Assembly (NCBI GenBank): GCA_963666565.1
Contig: OY762911.1
Coordinates: 736,001-800,000 of the forward strand
From: Thermoanaerobaculia bacterium
GTDB lineage: Bacteria; Acidobacteriota; Thermoanaerobaculia; Multivoradales; Multivoraceae
Length of the DNA: 64,000 nucleotides
Reading direction: 5' to 3'
Positions within the stretch are counted from its first letter, which is position 1, and every line of letters begins with the position of its first letter. Made by a program: the position numbers and the translations under genes. Shown here piece after piece: positions 6,556-16,818 of this stretch. The notes below the pieces were generated by a model that worked only from the letters and a program-made list of their open reading frames with translations, was not told the origin of the DNA and did no database searches.

Positions 6556-8955
6556 CTATGGCGGCTCGAAGCCGAGAACCTCGCCGTAGAAGGCGAGCTC
6601 CGCCTCCAGCGCGCGGACGATGTTCCCGGCGCGGCGAAAGCCGTGCTGCTCGCCTTCGAAGAGGTGGTAGTCGACGCGGACGCCCTTGGCGCGCAGCGCC
6701 TCGACCATCGCCTCGGCCTGGTTCGGCGGCACGATGCGGTCTTCGTCGCCCTGGAAGAAGATGACGGGGCAGGAGAAGCGGTCGCGGGCTTCGAGCGGCG
6801 AGCGCTCGCGGTAGAGGTCGGCGCGCTCCGGGTAGGGGCCGACCAGGCCGTCGAGGTAGCGGGACTCGAACTTGTGGGTGTCGCGGGCGAGGGCGGCGAG
6901 ATCGGCGACGCCGTAGTGGCTGGCGCCGGCGGCGAAGGTGTCCGTGAAGGCGAGCGCGGCGAGGGTGCTGTAGCCGCCGGCGCTGCCGCCGCGGATGAGC
7001 AGCCTGGCCGGGTCGGCCTCGCCGCGGGCGGCCAGGGCCTCGGCGGCGGCGGCGCAGTCCTCGACGTCGACGATGCCCCAGCGGCCGCGCAGCGACTCGC
7101 GGTAGGCGCTGCCGTAGCCGGTGCTGCCGCCGTAGTTCACGTCGACGACGGCGAAGCCGCGCGAGGTCCAGAACTGGACGCCGGGGTCGTGGACGTGCTC
7201 GGCGGCGGAGGTCGGGCCGCCATGGCTCATGACGATGAGCGGCGGGCGGGCGCCGGCGGGCGGCGTGACGTCGTCGTTCTTCGGCGGGTAGAAGAACGCG
7301 AACGCGCGGCGGCCGCCGGCCGACGGGAACTCGATGTGCCGGCCGGTGGAGAGATAGCGGGGGTCCGGGGCCTGGCCGGTCGTGACGAGGACGTCGAGCT
7401 CGGGCGCGGCGGGATCCGCCAGCGAGAGGCGGACGATCTCCGCCGGCCGATCCGGCGCGCCGCCGAGGAAGAAGACGGAAGGCACCCCACTGGGTGCAGC
7501 CGAGCGGCCACTGGGTGCGCGGGTCTCCTGACCTCCGCTGGGTGCGCGGGTCTTCCGACCCGCATCCGTCCCACTGGGTGCGCGGGTCTTCCGACCCGCA
7601 TCCGCCCCGCTGGGTGCGCGGGTCTTCCGACCCGCATCCGCCCCGCTGGGTGCGCGGGTCTTCCGACCCGCATCCGCCCCACTGGGTGCGCGGGTCTTCC
7701 GACCCGCATCCGCCCCACTGGGTGCGCGGGTCTTCCGACCCGCATCCGCCCCACTGGGTGCGCGGGTCTTCTGACCCGCAACCGGCCCGGCAGAGCGCCC
7801 GATCGAAGTGTAAGGCGTCGCAATGCGGATCGGCCGCGGGGCTTCTCCGCCATCCCGTGCCTCCGGCAGGAACTCGAGCCCCCAGCCCCCCCGCTCGCAA
7901 CAGGCGGCGACGATGCCGCCCGGCACGTGCGCGTACGTGGACGTGCCGAAGACCCAGGGCGGCCGGCCGAACTCGGCGTCGCGGGGGCAGAGCGGCTCGA
8001 CCTTCGCCGATGCGGCACGGTACAGGTTCCACCAGCCGCCGCGGTCGGAGACGAAGACGAGGCGGCCGCGGGAGTCGAAGCTCGGCTGCTGGACGGCCTC
8101 GGGCCGGTCCGGGTCGCCGCCGGCGACGACGCGCGCCGCCTGGGGCAGACCGTCCTCGTCCAGGTCGGCCAGATGGAGCGTCGTCGTGTCCCACGGCATG
8201 TCGGGGTGGTTCCAGCTCAGCCAGGCGAGGCGGTTGCCGCCTGGCGAGAGGCGCGGCGAGCTGAAGAAGTCCGCGCCGGAGACGAGTGCGACGGGGCGCG
8301 GAGGCTCGACGGCACCGGGCGATTCGACGGCGCCGGGCGGCTCGATGACACCGGACAGATCCGCCGGCAAGGCGATCGCGACCAGGGAAGCGACTTCGTC
8401 GCCGCCGTCCGGGCCGGGGCGTTCCTGGACCGCGATCAGGCGGTGGCGGTGACTGTCGAAGACGAGATCGGCGTAGCGGGCGCCGTCGGCCGGGGTCAGG
8501 GGGACGGCGGCGTCCGCGGCACTCGCTCCAGCGGCGGTGAGGTAAACGCGCTGATCGGCGAAGTTGACGAAGGCGTGGAGGAGCGGCTCGGGCTCGCCGC
8601 TTCGCGGCGTCGCGCTCGATGCGGGCCAGAAGGCCCGCGCACCGACCCGTGTGGCGCCGGCAGTCGATGCGGCGGCGCCGAGCAGGCAGAAGGCGCCGCC
8701 GCCGTATTCGTGGACGCGGCTGCGCACGTCGAAGCCCTCGGGCGTCAGCGTGCGGACGCCGCCGTCCGGGTCGCGGCAGACGAGGACGTTGCGGCCGCCC
8801 TCCTCGGGCCGCCGCTCCAGCCAGCAGACGAACTCGCCCAGCACGGCGAGGTCGTCGATGCGGCGGCCGCCTTCCGCGACGGACCGCGCCGAGATCGGCG
8901 ACGGCCAGGCGCCGTAGGGGACGGCGGCGGCGCCGCGTGGTGGATCGTCAGCCAT
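6556..8955 (-). CDS. S9 family peptidase (acylaminoacyl/dipeptidyl peptidase) with in-frame REP insertions
   Basis: PYGAWPSPIS, HGGPT, GGSAGG nucleophile, QGDED..VP, GEQHGFR; start taken as ATG 8955. Confidence 0.93.
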   Translation of the reverse strand: MADDPPRGAAAVPYGAWPSPISARSVAEGGRRIDDLAVLGEFVCWLERRPEEGGRNVLVCRDPDGGVRTLTPEGFDVRSRVHEYGGGAFCLLGAAASTAGATRVGARAFWPASSATPRSGEPEPLLHAFVNFADQRVYLTAAGASAADAAVPLTPADGARYADLVFDSHRHRLIAVQERPGPDGGDEVASLVAIALPADLSGVIEPPGAVESPGAVEPPRPVALVSGADFFSSPRLSPGGNRLAWLSWNHPDMPWDTTTLHLADLDEDGLPQAARVVAGGDPDRPEAVQQPSFDSRGRLVFVSDRGGWWNLYRAASAKVEPLCPRDAEFGRPPWVFGTSTYAHVPGGIVAACCERGGWGLEFLPEARDGGEAPRPIRIATPYTSIGRSAGPVAGQKTRAPSGADAGRKTRAPSGADAGRKTRAPSGADAGRKTRAPSGADAGRKTRAPSGADAGRKTRAPSGTDAGRKTRAPSGGQETRAPSGRSAAPSGVPSVFFLGGAPDRPAEIVRLSLADPAAPELDVLVTTGQAPDPRYLSTGRHIEFPSAGGRRAFAFFYPPKNDDVTPPAGARPPLIVMSHGGPTSAAEHVHDPGVQFWTSRGFAVVDVNYGGSTGYGSAYRESLRGRWGIVDVEDCAAAAEALAARGEADPARLLIRGGSAGGYSTLAALAFTDTFAAGASHYGVADLAALARDTHKFESRYLDGLVGPYPERADLYRERSPLEARDRFSCPVIFFQGDEDRIVPPNQAEAMVEALRAKGVRVDYHLFEGEQHGFRRAGNIVRALEAELAFYGEVLGFEPP
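7488..7782. repeat. Tandem REP array, 36-bp unit, in frame in the S9 peptidase
   Basis: 7 full units plus 1 degenerate unit; encodes repeated [12 protein letters not shown]. Confidence 0.95.
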
Positions 8956-8974
8956 TGGCGAAGCGTAACCGGCC

Positions 8975-9150
8975 CACTGGGTGCGGCTGGGTGCCGCTGG
9001 CGCCACTGGGTGCGCGGGTCTTCTGACCCGCATCGGGCAGAGGCGCGAAGCGGCGGCGCCCGGAGAAGAAGGCCGCCGGCCAAAGGCCGGCGACGATGTC
9101 CTTCGCCGCCATGCGGGTCGGAAAGACCCGCGCACCCAGCGGCACCCGGT
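8975..9150. repeat. Leader-only repeats plus type-A REPIN
   Basis: CTGGGTGC repeats followed by an inverted REP pair at about 9007-9138. Confidence 0.88.
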
Positions 9151-9181
9151 GGCGGCGAGTTGCCTATAGTCTCGTCCACCG

Positions 9182-10930
9182 ATGACGACGCCTCAACGAA
9201 CCCTGAGCGTCTCGCGGATCGTTCTCGCCGGCCTGGCCCTCCTCGCCGGCTCGACGCTCCTCGCCGGCCCCGGCCTCGCGCAACAGGAGGATCTGCCGGC
9301 GGTCTTCTCCGAAGTCATCGACGTCCGGGTCGTGAACATCGAGGTCGTCGTCACCGACCGGGACGGCAACCGCATCCACGGCCTGAAGGCGTCCGACTTC
9401 GAGCTCCTGGTGGACGGCGAGCCGACGCCCATCGACTACTTCACCGAGATCGAGGAGGGCCGGGCGCTGGCCGCAGCGGACGGCGAGGCGGTGGCCGGCG
9501 TGCCGAACCTCGAGCCGGACGCCCCCGTGGGCACCAGCTTCCTGCTGTTCATCGACGACTTCTTCTCCGTCAAGCGCGATCGCGACCGGGTGCTCGACCG
9601 CCTGGAAGAGCAGTTCTCGCAGCTCGGCCCGGAAGACCGCGTCGCCGCCGTCTCCTTCGACGGCAAGACGGTCGACATGCTGACGACCTGGACCAACTCG
9701 CCGACCCAGTTGGCGGACGCGCTCCGCGAGGCGCGCCGGCGCAGGACGCAGGGCCTGATGCGGATCGCCGAGCTGCGCACGAACGACCAGGAACGGCGGG
9801 AGCAGACGGAACTCCGCGCCATCGCGAACCGGTTCATCGAGGAAGGCGGCGTCGAACCGCCCGAGGACGTGATGCGCAACACCCTGCGCGGCACCGAGCT
9901 GCGGTACGCGACGAACCTGGAGAGCCAGTTGGAGCGGTCCGTCCTCGCGGCCGTGGCGACGCTGCGCAGCTTCGCCAACCGCCCGGGCCGCAAGGTAATG
10001 CTCCTGCTCGCCGGCGGCTGGCCCGAATCGCCGGCGCTCTACACCGTCGCCAGCGGCGGCCTGAGCGCCGACAATCTCGGCGCCGCGTCCGACTCCCGGC
10101 TGATGAGCCACCGCACTCTGTTCGGCCCCCTCGTCTCGGCCGCGAACCTGATCGGCTACACGCTCTATCCGGTCGACGTGCCGGGATTCCGCCCGGCGTT
10201 CACCCTGGACGCGTCGGCCAGCCTCGACAGCAACGCGGCGTCCGACCCGTCCGCGGGCGCCGGGGCGTTCCAGGAGCGGGAGCTGCTGCAGCACACCACC
10301 CTCCAGCATCTGGCCAGGTCGACCGGCGGGCTGGCGATGATCAACGCCGAGCGCGACAGCGCATTCGCCGACGCGATCGCCGACACCCGCTCGTACTACT
10401 GGCTCGGCTTCCAGCCGCAGCGGCGCGAGGACGACGAGGTCCACGAGATCGAGGTGCGGCTCGTCGACCATCCCGACTACCGGGTGCGCTCGCGCGAGGG
10501 CTACGTCGACATGTCGCGCGCGACCGAAGTGACCATGATGGTGGAGGGTTCGCTGCTGTTCGGGAACCCGCCATCCGCCAAGCCGCTCGGCGTGCGCTTC
10601 GGCAAGCCGGAGCGGCGCCGCCTGGGCAAGATGGTCGTCCCGGTCGAGGTGGCGATCCCGCTGGACGAGGTGCAGCTTCTGCCTGTCGCCGGCATGTGGC
10701 AGAACGAACTGGAGTTCCGGGTTACGGTGATGGACAAGCACGGCAACCGCTCGGAAACCCCGGTCGAGAAGATCCGGATCGCCGGCCCGCAGGAACCGCA
10801 GCCGGGGCAGTACTTCACCTACCAGACCGGGCTCGAACTGCGGCGGCGAGAGCACACGTTCGTCATCGCCGTCTACGACCCCCTGACCGGCGCGATCCTG
10901 TCGTCGCAGGGCGAGATCGGGGTGCGGTAG
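9182..10930 (+). CDS. Acidobacterial VWA-domain secreted protein
   Basis: Signal peptide; FSEVIDVRVVNIEVVVTDRDG..I.GL...DF; GRKVMLL; LARSTGG; SYYWLGF; VRSREGY. Confidence 0.9.
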   Translation: MTTPQRTLSVSRIVLAGLALLAGSTLLAGPGLAQQEDLPAVFSEVIDVRVVNIEVVVTDRDGNRIHGLKASDFELLVDGEPTPIDYFTEIEEGRALAAADGEAVAGVPNLEPDAPVGTSFLLFIDDFFSVKRDRDRVLDRLEEQFSQLGPEDRVAAVSFDGKTVDMLTTWTNSPTQLADALREARRRRTQGLMRIAELRTNDQERREQTELRAIANRFIEEGGVEPPEDVMRNTLRGTELRYATNLESQLERSVLAAVATLRSFANRPGRKVMLLLAGGWPESPALYTVASGGLSADNLGAASDSRLMSHRTLFGPLVSAANLIGYTLYPVDVPGFRPAFTLDASASLDSNAASDPSAGAGAFQERELLQHTTLQHLARSTGGLAMINAERDSAFADAIADTRSYYWLGFQPQRREDDEVHEIEVRLVDHPDYRVRSREGYVDMSRATEVTMMVEGSLLFGNPPSAKPLGVRFGKPERRRLGKMVVPVEVAIPLDEVQLLPVAGMWQNELEFRVTVMDKHGNRSETPVEKIRIAGPQEPQPGQYFTYQTGLELRRREHTFVIAVYDPLTGAILSSQGEIGVR

Positions 10931-10946
10931 CCCACCGGTTGCGCAC

Positions 10947-11246
10947 CGGGTGCGCCGCTGGGTGCGCGGGTCTTCCTGACCCGCATCCGGGCGCTGGGTG
11001 CGCGGGTCTTCTGACCCGCATCCGGGCGCTGGGTGCGCGCTGGGTGCGCGCTGGGTGCGCGCTGGGTGCGCGCTGGGTGCGCGCTGGGTGCGCGCTGGGT
11101 GCGCGCTGGGTGCGCGGGTCTTCTGACCCGCATTCCGCCGTAGGCGGCGAACAGCATCGTCGCCGGCCTTTGGCCGGCGGCCTTTTTCTCTGGGCTCCGC
11201 CGCTTCGCGGCTTCGCCCGATGCGGGTCAGAAGACCCGCGCACCCG
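10947..11246. repeat. REPs, 11-bp leader microsatellite (CTGGGTGCGCG)x8, and REPIN
   Basis: Units start at 11029 and recur every 11 bp to 11106; the last runs into a full REP. Confidence 0.92.
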
Positions 11247-11247
11247 G

Positions 11248-12372
11248 TCACCGCAGCAGGAACGCCGCCGCGACCGCGGCCGCCAGCACCACCGCAAGCA
11301 GCGGCGGCAGCAACACGCGCCACAGCGGCGGCGCGGGCCGTTCGCGGGCGAGCCGCCGCCGGCGGTCGTTCAGGCTCTCGATCGCCGACTGCCACTCCCC
11401 CTTCGCCGGGCTCGCCGCTGAGCGGTCGCCGGCGACCGCCGTCTTCCGGGCGCGCGCCCGCGAGACGCTGTCCTCCGCGGGCCGCACCCGCGGCCGGAGG
11501 TCCTCCCTCGCCTTCCGCAGCCGGGCGACGACGTCGTCGAGAGCCGCCCGCCGCCGGTCCGGGTCGCGGTCGAGCGCGGCCGCGAACACCGGTTCGAACG
11601 CCTCGGGCGCGCTGCCGGGGAGCGTGCCCGTCAGGTCCACGGCCTGGATGCCGATCGCCCGGCGCATCGCGTCGTAGGTGTTGGCGATGAACGGCAACTC
11701 GCCGGTCACGAGTTCGTAGAGCACGACGCCGAGGGTCCAGACGTCGTCCGCGGTCGTGAAAGGGACGGGGTCGCCCGTGACCGCGGCCGCCGCGCCCTCG
11801 ATCTGCTCCGGCGAGAGATAGGCCGCCGTCCAAAGGCTGGGCGACTCCACCGCCTCGCTCGCGACCGCCAGGGTCACCGGCCCCAGGCTCGACGCCGCCA
11901 GGAGCTTCGCGTCTCCGCCTTGCAGCAGTTGGACGTTTGCCGGCCGCAGACTGCCGTGGACGGCGCCGGACCGGTGCAGCTCGCGGAGCGCCCGCGCGAC
12001 GGCGAGGCCGATGCCGGCCGCCTCGCCGGCGCCGAGCGGCGAGCGCTGGAGCCGCTGCCGCAACGTCTCGCCGCCGCCGAGCGCCCAAGCAAGGTGCGCC
12101 GGCGGCTCGAACGACCAGTCGACCAGCGGCGTCAGGGCCGAGTCGCCCGCCGGGGCGTCCCGGACGACCGCCTCGTTGCGGTCCACCGCCGCCTCGACCT
12201 CCGTTCGCGGCGCGTCCTTCGGGTAGCGCTGGACCAGCACCCAGAACCGGGCGGCGATGTCCTGCGCCCGATGCAGCGGCAGCGGCAACTCCCCCGGCAG
12301 GCAGTGGAGCGGGTTCTGCACCCGAAACCGCGAGACGATGTCGCCGGCCTTCACGGTTGGCGATGTTGGCAC
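11248..12372 (-). CDS. Ser/Thr kinase-like (probable pseudokinase) with C-terminal TM helix
   Basis: LH..GAVHGSLRPANV, TAAYLSPEQ, DDVWTLGVVLYELVTGELPF; start uncertain. Confidence 0.8.
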   Translation of the reverse strand: MPTSPTVKAGDIVSRFRVQNPLHCLPGELPLPLHRAQDIAARFWVLVQRYPKDAPRTEVEAAVDRNEAVVRDAPAGDSALTPLVDWSFEPPAHLAWALGGGETLRQRLQRSPLGAGEAAGIGLAVARALRELHRSGAVHGSLRPANVQLLQGGDAKLLAASSLGPVTLAVASEAVESPSLWTAAYLSPEQIEGAAAAVTGDPVPFTTADDVWTLGVVLYELVTGELPFIANTYDAMRRAIGIQAVDLTGTLPGSAPEAFEPVFAAALDRDPDRRRAALDDVVARLRKAREDLRPRVRPAEDSVSRARARKTAVAGDRSAASPAKGEWQSAIESLNDRRRRLARERPAPPLWRVLLPPLLAVVLAAAVAAAFLLR

Positions 12373-12572
12373 GAAGCCGCGGCGCCGGCTCGCCGGTCCC
12401 GCGCAGTCTCCGCCCCGTGGGTCGGCGGCGGCGCTCGTGGAACCGCCGGGCAAGGCGCTTGGACTCGCTTCCGCCCGTCGGGCCGGCGCGTTTGCCCGAC
12501 CGGCGCCGTGTTGTGCTAGCCTGACTCTCGATCCCGATCCCGAACCGCATCCCCAGCAACGGAGGACTCAGC

Positions 12573-12917
12573 ATGAAGAAGGCACTGTTTGTTGCTCTGG
12601 CTCTCTCGCTCGCGCTCGGCGCTCCGGCGCTCGCCGGCGATACCTGGACCGGCGAGGTCCTCGACATGGTCTGCTTCGGCAACGGCCAGAAGGGCGCCGG
12701 GCATGCGAGTTGCGCCGCCAAGTGTCTTGGCGACGGCAACGAGATGGGTCTGCTCGTGGGCGACGACGTCGTCAAGATCGACCGCGCCGGCTCCGACGCC
12801 GCCGCGATCAAGACCCTCGAAGGTCTCGGCGGCAAGGCCGCCAAGGTCACCGGGACGTCGATGACGGCCGACGACGGCACCGTCACCGTGAAGGTCTCGG
12901 CCGCCGAAGCCGCCTGA
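12573..12917 (+). CDS. Small secreted protein with D..C / H..C...C motif
   Basis: GGAGGA RBS, MKK signal peptide, GEVLDMVCF...HASCAAKCL..G..MGLL. Confidence 0.8.
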   Translation: MKKALFVALALSLALGAPALAGDTWTGEVLDMVCFGNGQKGAGHASCAAKCLGDGNEMGLLVGDDVVKIDRAGSDAAAIKTLEGLGGKAAKVTGTSMTADDGTVTVKVSAAEAA

Positions 12918-12941
12918 ATCGCCGCACAGCGGCGGATTCCT

Positions 12942-12970
12942 GAAAGCGGGCCGCAAGGCCCGCTTTCTTC
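12942..12970 (+). terminator. Intrinsic terminator
   Basis: GAAAGCGGGCC-GCAA-GGCCCGCTTTC followed by TT. Confidence 0.7.
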
Positions 12971-13117
12971 GTTCAGGGGTGGGTGTGTGTGGCCGCCGGG
13001 TGCCGCACTGGGTGCCGCTGGGCGCCACTGGGTGCGCGGCGGGGGCACCCGGTGCGGAAACTCATGGACGCTCCGGCCTCCCCGTCCGTACCTTCCTTCA
13101 GCAGCCGGAGCAAACGA

Positions 13118-13858
13118 ATGAACGACGCGAACCACGAACCGGACGAACCCACGCCGCTCGGCTGGCACTGGAGGGGCTACCACCCCCACCTGGACGACCC
13201 GAGCCGGCTCCAGAGCGTCGGATTCCGGCTCGCGGACAGCGTGCCGCAACATCTCCTGAAACGTTGGCGCGAGGAAGCCGAAGGGTCCAGCGACAAGGTC
13301 CGCGCCGCGAAGGTCCACCGCCTGGTCAGCGAATTCGAGGACACGGGCTACGGCGCTTGCCACCTGCGCCAGCCGGCGATCGCCTCGGTGGTCCAGGACG
13401 CGCTCCTCTACGGCGACGGCGACGCCTATCGACTCCTCGAGTGGTGCGTCATGCCGAACCACATCCACGCCCTGCTGGAGCCGCGGCGGCCGCTCCCTGG
13501 CATCGTGCGGGCGTGGAAGGCGATCACCGCGCGCCGGGCCAACCGGATCCTGCACCGCAAGGGCCGCTTCTGGATGGTCGACTACTACGACCGGTTCATC
13601 CGCAACCGCCGGCACCTCGAAACCGTGCGACGCTACATCCAGCACAACCCCGTCGGCGCCGGCCTGTGCCGCGCGCCGCACGACTGGCCATGGTCGTCCG
13701 CCCACCAGCGCTGGGTGCGCGGGTCTTCCGACCCACACTGGGTGCGCGGGTCTTCCGACCCGCATCCGGTACGCGGGTCTTCTGACCCGCATCCGGTACG
13801 CGGGTCTTCTGACCCGCATCGGGCGACGTCGCGAAGCGGCGCAGACCGGAAGAAGTAG
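13118..13858 (+). CDS. REP-associated tyrosine transposase (RAYT, Y1/HUH)
   Basis: RGYHPH...FRLADS, WCVMPNHIHAL (HUH), W-K, FW..DYYDRFIR, RYIQHNP (catalytic Tyr), WPWSSA; REP leaders upstream and REPs downstream. Confidence 0.93.
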   Translation: MNDANHEPDEPTPLGWHWRGYHPHLDDPSRLQSVGFRLADSVPQHLLKRWREEAEGSSDKVRAAKVHRLVSEFEDTGYGACHLRQPAIASVVQDALLYGDGDAYRLLEWCVMPNHIHALLEPRRPLPGIVRAWKAITARRANRILHRKGRFWMVDYYDRFIRNRRHLETVRRYIQHNPVGAGLCRAPHDWPWSSAHQRWVRGSSDPHWVRGSSDPHPVRGSSDPHPVRGSSDPHRATSRSGADRKK

Positions 13859-13965
13859 CCGCCGGCCGAAGGCCGGCGACGATGTTGTCGGCCGCCTTCG
13901 GCGGCAAGCGGGTCAGAAGACCCGCGCACCCAGTGGCGCCCAGTGGCGCCCAGTGGGCACCCAGC
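13711..13965. repeat. REP array (27-bp units) plus REPIN at the RAYT 3' end
   Basis: Four REPs read as VRGSSDPH in the RAYT frame, then an inverted REP at about 13907-13931 and leader repeats. Confidence 0.92.
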
Positions 13966-13986
13966 CATATGCCATAGTCGCCGGCC

Positions 13987-15663
<1,677 letters not shown>

Positions 15664-15677
15664 AGTCCGCTGAGTGC

Positions 15678-15940
15678 CCGCATCTGGGTGCGCGGGTCTT
15701 CCGACCCGCATCTGGGTGCGCGGGTCTTCCGACCCGCATCTGGGTGCGCGGGTCTTCCGACCCGCATCTGGGTGCGCGGGTCTTCTGACCCGCATCTGGG
15801 TGCGCGGGTCTTCTGACCCGCATGGCCGCCGAAGGCGGCGAACAACATCGTCGCCGGCCTTCGGCCGGCGGCCATTTCCTCCGGTCGCCGCCGCTTTGCG
15901 GCGCCGCCTAGATGCGGGTCGGAAGACCCGCGCACCCAGC
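15678..15940. repeat. Intergenic REP array (5 x 28 bp) plus REPIN
   Basis: Units at 15684, 15712, 15740, 15768 and 15796; closing inverted REP at about 15914. Confidence 0.93.
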
Positions 15941-16039
15941 GGAGGAAGGGGTGCGTGAGTACCGTTTCGCAGTACAGTTACGCGGATGGAAAGAGGCGGC
16001 GAGCGCCCGAAGATGCACTCGCGGCCTCCGTTTTTCTAT

Positions 16040-16117
16040 GGTGTGTGTCGTCTAGCGATCCAGGACGCCGAGTTGAGTCCTCGGAAACGCGGGTTTGAAT
16101 CCCCGTCGCACACCCCA
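16040..16117 (+). ncRNA. tRNA-like element / pseudo-tRNA, anticodon GAG
   Basis: Cloverleaf: GTGTGTG/CGCACAC acceptor, (C)GTC/GAC(G) D stem, CCGAG/CTCGG anticodon stem, GCGGG/CCCGT T stem, encoded C-CCA end. Confidence 0.7.
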
Positions 16118-16251
16118 TCGGAGGGCGGCTAACCACGGAACCCGACCAGCTCTTCGGTGTTTCCTCTTGTCGCGGAGTCCACCCACTAGACGATTCCACC
16201 ACTTTTCGGGACGATCCTATACCGCCAGTCGTCCACGCGGTCAAGGTCGGT

Positions 16252-16560
16252 TCACAACTCCGCCATGATGCGCGGGATATGACTGCCCCCACGGACGTAG
16301 TCTTCACGCGGCCCCCAAAACTCCTCGTCGAGCATCTCCACGCTCTGCACACGGTCCACTCGCAACATCTTCCAGCCTTGTCCGGCACCGGACAGGCTTG
16401 GTCCACCAACTTGGTAGACGAGCGCAAGAGTGTGGGCCTTTCGGCTCCAGCCACAGGCGTGGGGCTCAACGCGCCGATAGCCGGGTGCGGTCTTGTACTC
16501 GACCCGTAACCGGCGGCGCTCTTTGATCGCCTGTGCGATCATGTCCAAGCGGCGCTTCAC
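16252..16560 (-). CDS. Stand-alone WYL domain protein
   Basis: IAQAIKERRRLRVEY....RRVEPHACG...YQVGG.S.SG...WKMLRVDRV. Confidence 0.85.
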   Translation of the reverse strand: MKRRLDMIAQAIKERRRLRVEYKTAPGYRRVEPHACGWSRKAHTLALVYQVGGPSLSGAGQGWKMLRVDRVQSVEMLDEEFWGPREDYVRGGSHIPRIMAEL

Positions 16561-16702
16561 GGTTGGCCCGATCGTGTGTCAGTTGGCCGAACTTCGTCGG
16601 CAAGACGCTCCAATTCGGCGAGATTGTGGGCGTCGGCGAGAATGTCGCGCAACGGTGGAAGTCTAGCACCTTCCTGGTGTTGGCGGCTATCGTCTCGGGG
16701 TG

Positions 16703-16808
16703 GCATCCGGATGAGAATAGCCGCCGGCCGAAGGCCGGCGACGATGTTGTCCGCCGCCTACGGCGGCAAGCGGGTCAGAAAGACCCGCGCACCCAGCGGG
16801 CACCCAGC
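16703..16808. repeat. Half REPIN
   Basis: GCCGCCGGCCGAAGGCCGGCGACGATGTT...GCGGGTCAGAAAGACCCGCGCACCC. Confidence 0.85.
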
Positions 16809-16818
16809 GCGCCGCCGG

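Noticed and set aside
7488-7782. REP tandem arrays (also 15684, 18017, 21421, 36451) as CRISPR arrays
   Set aside because: Spacers are very short and near-identical, the repeat is dispersed in both orientations, and no cas genes are present.
6643-11421. Very long ORFs such as 6643-11421, 9164-13819, 35794-40503, 49358-52654 and 54714-57629
   Set aside because: Shadow frames of real genes in high-GC DNA; Arg/Pro/Gly-rich with no motifs.
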